From NCBI GenBank assembly GCA_016932875.1, contig JAFGBZ010000008.1:1-35963 (forward strand): 35,963 nucleotides of DNA, in the 5' to 3' direction. The notes below the pieces were generated by a model. The model saw only the letters and a list, made by a program, of their open reading frames with translations, searched no databases and had not been told where the DNA came from. Source of the DNA: Candidatus Iainarchaeum sp. (GTDB lineage: Archaea > Iainarchaeota > Iainarchaeia > Iainarchaeales > JAFGBZ01). Positions 28,150 through 35,963 of the stretch are shown piece after piece (positions within the stretch are counted from its first letter, which is position 1; each line of letters starts with the position of its first letter). A program made the translations under genes and the position numbers.

Positions 28150-28410
28150 ACGAACAATCGAGCCAAAGCGAAGATTGTTCTCACGTGCCAGCGGAGTGCG
28201 CCGCTGCGTGACGGGCGAAAGAGGGGTGAGGGGCTATTTCTAGCCCCGTTTAAACCTAGAGCTTAAAGCAAGAGAGGAATCATTTGGCCTTTTACCGCCT
28301 TCTTCAAGGAAACGGCATAATTCAAGTGCATGAACTTCGAGCAAATCTATTGAGGATGCTTTTTTTGAGAACCTAAAGGACATAAAATACACTCTCGCTT
28401 AACAGCATTA
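28150..28410 (-). ncRNA. Candidate structured non-coding RNA (unassigned)
   Basis: GC-rich island with at least 6 stem-loops and a closing stem; G-U pairs and a GAAA tetraloop favour the minus strand; upstream BRE/TATA. Confidence 0.55.
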
Positions 28411-28426
28411 ATAGGATAAACTAACT

Positions 28427-28443
28427 TATTTAAATACTTTTCG
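28427..28443 (-). promoter_or_regulatory. Archaeal BRE + TATA promoter
   Basis: Minus strand reads CGAAAAGTATTTAAATA; predicted start near 28400-28410. Confidence 0.6.
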
Positions 28444-28471
28444 ATGAGAAAAACCTCGTGCGCGCTTTTTT

Positions 28472-28627
28472 TTATGTATATGAGCTTAAAATCAATTTTT
28501 TTCAAAAAAAAAGCTCAAATTGAGCTTTTCTCTTATGTATATTTAGAATTTTTATGTATAAATTAGGTTCGATCAAAAAACACAAAAAAGGGCATTATGT
28601 AGATGTATAATTAAACTTATAATGTAT
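28472..28627. repeat. Array of TTATGTATA motifs plus a 21-bp palindrome
   Basis: TTATGTATA at 28472, 28533, 28552, variants at 28595, 28603, 28622; AAAAGCTCAA-A-TTGAGCTTTT at 28509-28529. Confidence 0.65.
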
Positions 28628-28672
28628 TTATTTTGGAAAAAGTGTTTTTGTTTTATTTTTGTGTGGTTTTAT

Positions 28673-30583
28673 TTATCTTAATCTTACTGAATCCAAATCA
28701 TTCAGTGAACTTGATGAAACATGGAATTTCATATTTAAGTATTTTGCTAAATCTGATGATTTTGTTCTTTCACCGTGATTTACAAGTATTCTTTTTGGTA
28801 ATGGATTCATGCTTGAAACAAATTTAACTAACTGGCTTCTATCTGAATGTCCTGAAAACCCTTCAAATATTTCTACTTTTAAGTTTATTTTAAGGGTTTT
28901 TGCTTTTCCTTTTTCATCCATTATTGTTAATTCACTTATTCCGTTCTGTATTTTTCTTCCTAGTGAACCTTCTCCTTGCCATCCTACAAAGAATATTGCG
29001 TTTTGAGGGTCTTCTGCCATTGCTTGGAAGTAATGCACTGAAGGACCTCCTGTAAGCATTCCTGATGAAGCAATTATTATTGATGATTTTCCTTTTGCTA
29101 TTTCATCTCTGTTTTGGAAATCAGCTGTCTGGAATAAGTCTGAAGTAAAAGGTGAATCATTTTGTAAAACACGTTTTTGAACTGCTTTTCTTAAATATTC
29201 TGGGTAAGCAGTATGAATTGCTGATGCTTCTTTTGTCATTCCATCAACAAATAATTTTGTTTCAGCAGGTAAAAAACCTCTTCTGTAAAAGTTTTCTATT
29301 ACAAGCATTAATTCCTGTGCACGCCCTACTGCAAATACTGGAATTAAGATATTTCCTCCTGATTTCAGCACGTCAATCATTGTTTTAAGGAATTTTTCTT
29401 CTGTGTCCTGTCTTTGTGGCTGAATATCTGTTTTTCCGCCATAAGTGCTTTCAATTATAAGTGTTTCTAATCTTGAAAATTTCATTTCTACATTATTGAA
29501 TAATCTAGTGAAGCCATATTTTATGTCTCCTGAATAAACTAAATTATGGGCTCCTTGTCCCATGTTTAAATGCACTGAACAGCTTCCTAAAATATGTGCT
29601 GCATCATGGAATGTTAAACGCATATCTGGTGCAATGTCTGTTACTTCTCTGTAATCTCTTGTAATGCAGTGTTTTACCATTTCCCTTATGTCACGTTCAG
29701 TGTAAGGCGGTTCTTTTCCGTCTTTTACCATTACATCAATTAAATCAAACTGAAGCAACGCCATTAAATCTCTTGTTGGTTCAGTGCAGTAAACAGGCCC
29801 AGTATAACCCATTTTGAATAAAAATGGAATCATTCCTGAATGATCTAAATGTGCGTGGGAAACAATTACTGCATTTAATTCATTTAATGGAAACCTTAAT
29901 GCTTCAAGATAAGGATAAGCATTTTCTTTTGATGCAATATTTATTCCACAGTCAAGCAGCACTCTTGTTTTTTTTGTTTCAACATAAACACAGCTTCTTC
30001 CTACTTCTCTGAAGCCGCCTAAAGCAGTTAATCTAATCCAGCCGTTTTCTGATGGTTTTTCGCCGTAAATTTTTTGAGCTGTTTCTTCCAAGAATTTTTT
30101 TACTTCGGCTGAATTTTTAATAAAATGATATCTTATTCCTTGCAAAATTTTTGATTCTGCTATTGGAGCACGAATTATTTTTGGAGTCCAGCCTGTTTCT
30201 AATACAATTTGCTTGCTTGTCTGTCCGCCTTTTCCTATTACTAATCCTGGTTTAATTGATTCAATTACCACTTCACTGAATGGCTGACTGAATTGGATTG
30301 ATTTAATTTGCGCATCTTCAGGAATTATCTGCCTGATTTTTTTTTCTGCTTCTGCTTCTTCGCTTAAAAGAGTTTTATCTGTTCTGATGTTTATTCTTTT
30401 CTTTAATTCTGAAGCAATTGATGAAACCAGGTTTTCATTTTCAAAGAATGCTTTTGGATTCTTTGTATAAATTGCTACTTCTGGACCTTCCATTGAAACC
30501 TTTGTTACAAGTGTTTCTGGAGGCAGTTTTTCTTTTATTGTTTCAGTTATTTCTTTTAAATAATCTATATCCATGAGAATCAA
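28673..30583 (-). CDS. fttA: Beta-CASP ribonuclease aCPSF1 / transcription termination factor FttA
   Basis: N-terminal KH domains (KPGLVIGKGG), LGGFREVGRS, HAHLDH, AHILGS, ESTYGG, GFSGHSD, NHGE. Confidence 0.96.
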   Translation of the reverse strand: MILMDIDYLKEITETIKEKLPPETLVTKVSMEGPEVAIYTKNPKAFFENENLVSSIASELKKRINIRTDKTLLSEEAEAEKKIRQIIPEDAQIKSIQFSQPFSEVVIESIKPGLVIGKGGQTSKQIVLETGWTPKIIRAPIAESKILQGIRYHFIKNSAEVKKFLEETAQKIYGEKPSENGWIRLTALGGFREVGRSCVYVETKKTRVLLDCGINIASKENAYPYLEALRFPLNELNAVIVSHAHLDHSGMIPFLFKMGYTGPVYCTEPTRDLMALLQFDLIDVMVKDGKEPPYTERDIREMVKHCITRDYREVTDIAPDMRLTFHDAAHILGSCSVHLNMGQGAHNLVYSGDIKYGFTRLFNNVEMKFSRLETLIIESTYGGKTDIQPQRQDTEEKFLKTMIDVLKSGGNILIPVFAVGRAQELMLVIENFYRRGFLPAETKLFVDGMTKEASAIHTAYPEYLRKAVQKRVLQNDSPFTSDLFQTADFQNRDEIAKGKSSIIIASSGMLTGGPSVHYFQAMAEDPQNAIFFVGWQGEGSLGRKIQNGISELTIMDEKGKAKTLKINLKVEIFEGFSGHSDRSQLVKFVSSMNPLPKRILVNHGERTKSSDLAKYLNMKFHVSSSSLNDLDSVRLR

Positions 30584-30624
30584 TTCAAAAAATAAAAATT
30601 AAGAACAACATCTAATTAAGGCAG

Positions 30625-31251
30625 TTAAACCATTGAAATAAATTTTTCCACTTCATTTTTTGGCAGGAATCTTACTCCTCTTGAATCTATTACTACTACT
30701 GTAATGCTTTTACCGCCTGAATAAATGTCTCTTCTTTTTCCTGCAGTGATTGCTTTTACTGCTAAAAGAGCTGCTTCGTTTTCATTCATTCCTTTTTTAT
30801 ACTGTGAATCAAGAGTGCTTAAAGCCAGTTCTGTTCCTGAACCGCTTACTGCATAATCGTTTTTTTCAACTACTCCTCCAAAAGGAGTTATTTCAAATAA
30901 TTCAGGTTTTTCAGCCATTCCGCCTACAACCAATTGAACAATAAATGGATAATATCTGTTTGCATTAAGAATGTTTGAAATAAATGTTGACATTGCTTTT
31001 GCAGTCATTTTTTCTTCTCTTGCCAGTTCATATAATTTTGCCTGGCTTCTGAGAAAACGAATTATTGTTAATGAATCGCCTACATTTCCTGCATTTGTTA
31101 CTGCGACATGTTTTGTTATTTCATAAATTTTTTCTGCATCTTCATCTATTGCAATATGCCCCATTGAAGCACGCTGATCTGCAGCCAAAACAATGGCGTT
31201 AGCTGCTTTTAATCCAATAGTTGTTGTACCAGTTTTAACATCTTCGACCAA
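30625..31251 (-). CDS. psmB: Proteasome beta subunit
   Basis: KTG|TTT autoprocessing site, AADQRAS, GSG, RDIYSG; likely TTG start at 31251 after GGTGA. Confidence 0.95.
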   Translation of the reverse strand: MVEDVKTGTTTIGLKAANAIVLAADQRASMGHIAIDEDAEKIYEITKHVAVTNAGNVGDSLTIIRFLRSQAKLYELAREEKMTAKAMSTFISNILNANRYYPFIVQLVVGGMAEKPELFEITPFGGVVEKNDYAVSGSGTELALSTLDSQYKKGMNENEAALLAVKAITAGKRRDIYSGGKSITVVVIDSRGVRFLPKNEVEKFISMV

Positions 31252-31332
31252 TAAATCACCAAAAAAATAGGCATAAGTTAAGTATATCATCCAAGCAAAA
31301 ATTTAAAAAGAAAAGGGTTTGCATTTGTTTGT

Positions 31333-32073
31333 TTATTTTAAATTATTTTTCTTTTCTTTTGAACTGTTTTCTTTTTGTGTTTCTTTGCTTTCTTTTGATT
31401 CTTTTTCTTCTTTTTTCACTTCTTTTTCTTTGAATTCCACTTCTTTTATTTCTGGAATTGCTTCTTTTAATTGCTTTTCTAATGCATTTTTAACAAAAGA
31501 AATTTCTTTTGGTAATCCTGAAGGCAGAGTTATGGTTATTTTTTCTTTTTCCATTTTATAGTCTACTTCAGGAATAGGCAAGTATTTTTCAGTTAAATGC
31601 TTTGCTTTTTCTTTTGAGTCAGTTACTTTTTTAATTAATTTTAATTCATATTCAATGTTTTTTCCTGCTAAATCATTATTAAAGTCAACTCTTACTCTTC
31701 CGCCTGAAACTGTTTGAACTCTTCCTCTTAAGCCGTCTGCTTCAATTATTAATCCTGGAAATGGATTCATTTTATTGTCTTTAAACTGTTTTATTGGAAT
31801 GACTCTTACTAAATCTTTTTTTCTTTCTCCAAATGCCTGTTCTGGAGTTAATTCAATTTTTCTTGATTCATTTTCTTTCATTTCAGTTAATGCTTTTTCA
31901 AGCACTGGAAACAATTCATTGTTTCCCAATAACACGCATATTGGTTTGAATTCCCTGTTTTCTGAAGCGATTTCTTCTTTTTCAGCAAGTTCCTTGCTTG
32001 TTGTTTCAAAGATTTTTTTTGAATCTGCTTCGCGTCCAGTAAGCTCTATAAGTACAAAATTTGTTTCAGCCAT
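31333..32073 (-). CDS. Long-type archaeal FKBP peptidyl-prolyl isomerase (SlyD-like)
   Basis: IFETT, LTPEQAFGER, VSGGRVRVDFNNDLAGK. Confidence 0.92.
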   Translation of the reverse strand: MAETNFVLIELTGREADSKKIFETTSKELAEKEEIASENREFKPICVLLGNNELFPVLEKALTEMKENESRKIELTPEQAFGERKKDLVRVIPIKQFKDNKMNPFPGLIIEADGLRGRVQTVSGGRVRVDFNNDLAGKNIEYELKLIKKVTDSKEKAKHLTEKYLPIPEVDYKMEKEKITITLPSGLPKEISFVKNALEKQLKEAIPEIKEVEFKEKEVKKEEKESKESKETQKENSSKEKKNNLK

Positions 32074-32156
32074 TAAATCACTCTAGATTTTTTCCAGTAA
32101 AAGAGTTAAAAAGCTTCTTGTTCATGAATTAAAAAGATACTTTTTGAGGGGATTGA

Positions 32157-33488
32157 ATGAAAGGCGAGCAAATAATGGCGTTATTTATTGTTATTTTAAT
32201 GATTGGTTCTATTGTAGGTTTTGCGGTTTGGAGCAGTGAAGACAGAAACCCTGAACCACAAAACCAAATTCAGGAACCATTTGTTCCAACTAATTCAATT
32301 AAATTTACTGCTGAAAGCGTTCCAGTAAAAGTAATCAATACATTCAATTACCTTATTATTACTGCTAATACAAATGAAATGGAAATAAACAAAATTGATT
32401 CTGAAATAAAATCAGTTAATGGAGTGAAACAGATTTCATCTCGTTTTGCAGGAGATGTAAAAGATTCTTTAAGTTCAGGGATGATGTATATTGCTGAAAT
32501 AACTTTTTCTGCAGGAAAAAATCCTGAAGAACTTGTTCAGGAAATTCAAGCAAAAGCAGTTTCATTAACTAATGTGCAAGGAATACTTAATGCAGTAGTT
32601 AATGTGCCTAAAACTGTTACTCTTTCAAATTCTGATTTGAATTTAATTAAAGAACATGAATTTGCTGAAACAAGAACTCAGGCATTAGTGCTTCCTTCAA
32701 CAATTGAAGGTGATGAGCTTCTTGTTTCGCTTGAAGTAAGTTTAGCTAATTCGCTTGTTACATCACAAACTGCTTTTGAAGAAAAAAATATTACTGCTGA
32801 ACCAATTCCAGTAATGCTTGAAAAAGAACTTGACTTAAATGAATTAAAGCCAGAGCTTGCATTGATTGCAACAATTAACAGAAGTTTTTTTGAAGGAAAT
32901 GATAAAACAAATGAATTAATTAAATCAGTTTCAGGAATAACTGGAAGCAATACAATTCTTGCAAGACAGGGAAATATGATTAAAGTTTATTTCAATGAAT
33001 TAAATGAAACTGAATTCAGTGATTTGAATAATTCATTGAATGAAATCACTGGAATTAATGTTGATTCAGATTTAAATAAAGCCACAGTATTTATTCAAGT
33101 GAATGCTGAAACTGAATATAATTCAGTGCTTAATTCAGTTGAAGAAAAAATTTCTCTTGCAGAAATGGATTTTAATTCATTGGTTGAACCAACTGTTTCA
33201 ATTAATTCTGATATAAATATTGAATCAGTTAATTCAAAGGAAATCGCTGAAGCAGTAAATGCTTTGCTTGAAGGAAAAGAATTTGAAGTGCAGATAATGC
33301 AGAAAGCATTGTTTTCAGTTGATAAATTAGTTAATGAAAATGATGAAAGCTTTGAAGTAACTGCTCCAATTGAAGCAATGATTAATCCAGGAAAAACAAT
33401 CGGAGAAAAAGTAAATTTAAGCATTTACTTTTATGGAATAAGAGGAAAAGCAGAATATCTTCAGGCAGAAGAAGTAATGGAAGAATAA
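32157..33488 (+). CDS. Hypothetical protein with N-terminal membrane anchor
   Basis: MALFIVILMIGSIVGFAV N-terminus; acidic extracellular-type body. Confidence 0.82.
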   Translation: MKGEQIMALFIVILMIGSIVGFAVWSSEDRNPEPQNQIQEPFVPTNSIKFTAESVPVKVINTFNYLIITANTNEMEINKIDSEIKSVNGVKQISSRFAGDVKDSLSSGMMYIAEITFSAGKNPEELVQEIQAKAVSLTNVQGILNAVVNVPKTVTLSNSDLNLIKEHEFAETRTQALVLPSTIEGDELLVSLEVSLANSLVTSQTAFEEKNITAEPIPVMLEKELDLNELKPELALIATINRSFFEGNDKTNELIKSVSGITGSNTILARQGNMIKVYFNELNETEFSDLNNSLNEITGINVDSDLNKATVFIQVNAETEYNSVLNSVEEKISLAEMDFNSLVEPTVSINSDINIESVNSKEIAEAVNALLEGKEFEVQIMQKALFSVDKLVNENDESFEVTAPIEAMINPGKTIGEKVNLSIYFYGIRGKAEYLQAEEVMEE

Positions 33489-33541
33489 TGTATTCTTCCT
33501 TTTTAATTTTTTATTAATTATTCAATATCTTTTCAATTTTT

Positions 33542-33877
33542 TTATTTTTTTAAGTTTTCAATTGCTTCAGCTATATCGCCGTTTGATTCTTTTAATGCGT
33601 TTTCTGCTTCTTTTTTTGTTTTTCCTGTTGTTTCTGCAACCATTGCAATATCTTCTTCAGGTATTTCTGTTTCATTTGTTTCTTCTTTTGCTTCGCCCAT
33701 TACTGTGTATGTTTTTTGTCCGCTCATTTCAACTGCTGTAACCTGAGGATTTTCAATTACTAATTTTTTTGAATTCATTTCAAATATTACTTTTTTTACT
33801 TCAAGTTCATCTGATTTAATTCCCATTTGTTTCATTATTCTTTGCATGTTTTTTGGATTCATTCCGCCTGGAAACAT
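33542..33877 (-). CDS. nac: Nascent polypeptide-associated complex protein
   Basis: GGMNPKNMQRIMKQMGI, NPQV, EEDIAMVA, UBA-like GDIAEAI; AAGGTGA SD. Confidence 0.96.
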   Translation of the reverse strand: MFPGGMNPKNMQRIMKQMGIKSDELEVKKVIFEMNSKKLVIENPQVTAVEMSGQKTYTVMGEAKEETNETEIPEEDIAMVAETTGKTKKEAENALKESNGDIAEAIENLKK

Positions 33878-33919
33878 TTTTTATCACCTTAATCCTTTTT
33901 TAAGTATTAATAAAAAAAA

Positions 33920-34555
33920 TTATTGTTCTGGAGTTAATTTAACTACTTTATCGCAGAACTGTTCAATTGTTTGCACTGCTTCTTTGTATTCTTCTGATTC
34001 AACAAATAAAAATAATCCGATTGATTTTTTTTGATTTATTTTTGATGCAAGAGTGTGAAAGAATTTTTCAACACTGTTTTTATCATTATAAACCAGTAAA
34101 GTTGAAATTGAATCCAATACAAGTACTAGTGTGTTTGTTTTATTTGAAATAGCAGAATCAAGTTCAATAAGTGCTTCAGATAATGCATTTGGAGAATTAA
34201 GAAATGATGTCTGCGAAGTGTTTTCTTTTTCAAGACTTAAAGCACTAATCATATCAATGAAATGTATTTTTTCTGCATTTAACTTATTTTTTTGCATAAA
34301 ATGAAGCAAAAATTCAACTGGTTTATTTAAAGTAACATAAATGGAGTCTTTTGTTGAAACCAGTTCAAGCATTGCATCTCTTGCAGCAGGATAAATTTCC
34401 GGAGCAATAAGCATTAAAACTGCCAATCCTTCATTTGAGCCATCAGATAATTCTTTTTGAATCATTGCCTTTATTTTGCTTTCAATTGAAAAAATGTCTT
34501 CAATGTTTTTTTCATTTTTCTTTTCAGGAACTTCAGCCATTGTTTCTTTTTTCAT
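33920..34555 (-). CDS. Degenerate KaiC/RecA-fold protein (no Walker A)
   Basis: IYVTLN, IHFIDMIS, LVLDSISTLLVYN, QFCDKVV. Confidence 0.8.
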   Translation of the reverse strand: MKKETMAEVPEKKNEKNIEDIFSIESKIKAMIQKELSDGSNEGLAVLMLIAPEIYPAARDAMLELVSTKDSIYVTLNKPVEFLLHFMQKNKLNAEKIHFIDMISALSLEKENTSQTSFLNSPNALSEALIELDSAISNKTNTLVLVLDSISTLLVYNDKNSVEKFFHTLASKINQKKSIGLFLFVESEEYKEAVQTIEQFCDKVVKLTPEQ

Positions 34556-34563
34556 TTAATCAC

Positions 34564-35298
34564 TTATTTTTGTTCTTCAAGGAATAAATCTGATTTAACC
34601 AAAACTGATACGCCTGTTTTGCTTATTATTATTGGTTTTAATTTTTCAGAGATTTTTGTGTTACGCATTTTTAGTATTCCAATGCTTCTGATGAAATGGC
34701 TTCCTATTTTTGTGTGATAAAGTAAAATTACTCCGTCAGCAACATATTCTTCAAGCCCGTAAAGAGAAGACTGTTTATCTAAAGAAATTTCATTGGTTAT
34801 TATTGTTGTGCATTCAATTTCTTTAAGCATTTTTCCTAGTGCAACAATTCTTTTTCTTGCATCAAGTTCTCTTTCAAAAAATAAACGGAAAATTACTCCT
34901 GGATCAATTACAACTCTTTTTGCATTTATTGAACGGATTGTGTCTTCAATTAAATTTTTTAAGCGTTCAAAATCATATAATTCGACCACAACTACTTTCA
35001 TTTTTTTTTCATTTATTAATTTTTGTAAATCCCAGCCAAATTCTTTTGCTCCTGCAATTATTGTTGATTCACTTTCTTCAAGAGAGATATATACTCCTGG
35101 TTCATTGTATTTTGTTGCACCTTCATAAAGAAACTGCCAGCAGAAAACGGTTTTTCCGCTTCCAGGGTCTCCGCTTAAAACAACTAAATTTCCTTGAGGA
35201 ATTCCTCCGTCAAGAAGTTCATCTAAACCTGCAATTCCGCTTTGAAGTCTGTCCCCTCCACGGAATGGTTTGATTTCAGCTACTTTTTTTTCAAGCAT
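34564..35298 (-). CDS. Single-domain KaiC/RAD55-like ATPase
   Basis: SGIAGLDELLDGGIP, GDPGSGKT, YISLEE, RVVID, EEYVADGVI, KMR; ATG 35298 preferred. Confidence 0.93.
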   Translation of the reverse strand: MLEKKVAEIKPFRGGDRLQSGIAGLDELLDGGIPQGNLVVLSGDPGSGKTVFCWQFLYEGATKYNEPGVYISLEESESTIIAGAKEFGWDLQKLINEKKMKVVVVELYDFERLKNLIEDTIRSINAKRVVIDPGVIFRLFFERELDARKRIVALGKMLKEIECTTIITNEISLDKQSSLYGLEEYVADGVILLYHTKIGSHFIRSIGILKMRNTKISEKLKPIIISKTGVSVLVKSDLFLEEQK

Positions 35299-35385
35299 AG
35301 TAAAACACAAGTTGGTAAATAATAAAAAACAAATCTATAAATAGTCTTTAAAGATTAATAATACTGTTGCCTTTAAAGTGAGATT

Positions 35386-35910
35386 ATGGATAAATTAAAG
35401 CATTTGATTCTTATTGTGCCTAACCAAAGATACGGGGAAAGCATTATTGAATTTGTGAAGAAAATTGAAAGAAAATACAGTAAAATTTGTTATATTACTT
35501 TAAATGATCCTTATGCACAGCTGGAAAAATCTTTTGAGGAAAATCATATTGCAATAGAAAAATTTTTTTTCATTGATGCAATTTCAAGAGTGCTTAAAGT
35601 ACAGAAACAGAATTATAATAACTGTATAATGGTTAGTGCACCAAATTCATTGATTGAGTTAAGTCTTGCAGTAAGTGAAGTCATTGAAAAACATAAACCA
35701 GATGTTTTTATTCTTGATTCTCTTTCAACTCTGCTTATTTATGAAAACAATAATGCAATTACAAGGTTTATTCATTCAATTCTTGTAAAAATTGAAACAA
35801 GCGATGCTGAATTTCTTATGACTGTTCTTTACAGCGATGAAAAAAACAATGCAGTTGAAGAGCTTGGAATGTTTGTTGATGAATTAATGCAAATAAGCAA
35901 ATTCCAGTAA
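35386..35910 (+). CDS. Degenerate KaiC/RecA-fold protein (no Walker A), paralog of 33920-34555
   Basis: CYITLN, FFFIDAIS, FILDSLSTLLIYE, MFVDEL. Confidence 0.8.
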   Translation: MDKLKHLILIVPNQRYGESIIEFVKKIERKYSKICYITLNDPYAQLEKSFEENHIAIEKFFFIDAISRVLKVQKQNYNNCIMVSAPNSLIELSLAVSEVIEKHKPDVFILDSLSTLLIYENNNAITRFIHSILVKIETSDAEFLMTVLYSDEKNNAVEELGMFVDELMQISKFQ

Positions 35911-35963
35911 TTAGTAAATAAATTTTAATAATTATTTTACTTCAGTAAATAATTCTTCATGTA

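Noticed and set aside
28150..28410. tRNA, SRP RNA, RNase P RNA or group II intron domain V
   Set aside because: No cloverleaf or T-loop, no SRP helix-8 AGG/AGCA symmetric loop, no GAGGAAAGUCC plus matching 3' P4 strand, and GAGCC..CACGT does not form a domain V helix. A highly diverged form cannot be excluded without cmscan.
28633..28827. 64-aa hydrophobic plus-strand ORF
   Set aside because: Mostly antisense to the aCPSF1 3' end; its hydrophobicity comes from the T-rich intergenic tract.
251..35273. Many short antisense or alternate-frame ORFs in the track (e.g. 12448-12792, 20257-20610, 22782-23231, 24897-25388, 34839-35273)
   Set aside because: They lie on top of well-supported genes and show the F/S/I/L-rich composition expected from antisense reading of A-rich codons.

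Overview
AT-rich chromosomal segment from an archaeon. Archaeal markers include psmB next to aCPSF1/FttA, archaeal NAC, long-type FKBP, AK6/Fap7, cupin-type PGI, TTTAAATA TATA boxes and GGTGA-type SD motifs. The dense packing and D-x-N-rich surface proteins suggest a DPANN lineage, possibly Iainarchaeota/Diapherotrites (inference). The first 12.3 kb is a two-gene surface system: a 3153-aa secreted protein (LamG, three 7-bladed FG-GAP-type propellers each nested inside an Ig-like domain, FN3-like, Cys-rich, CARDB) abutting a 941-aa membrane-anchored partner. It is followed by gap/pgi/pgk, coaBC, an N-terminal-half NFACT/Rqc2 homolog, a PRC-barrel gene, AMMECR1, an AbrB-MazF toxin-antitoxin pair, large envelope proteins, AK6, aCPSF1-psmB, FKBP, NAC and a KaiC-like ATPase flanked by two degenerate KaiC-fold genes. 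The most striking unexplained element is a ~260-nt GC-rich, multi-hairpin minus-strand RNA candidate (28150-28410). It has its own BRE/TATA and an upstream array of TTATGTATA motifs that recur at the PRC-barrel promoter. No rRNA, tRNA, CRISPR array, transposase or integrase was recognised. All calls are by-eye motif recognition; no searches were run.
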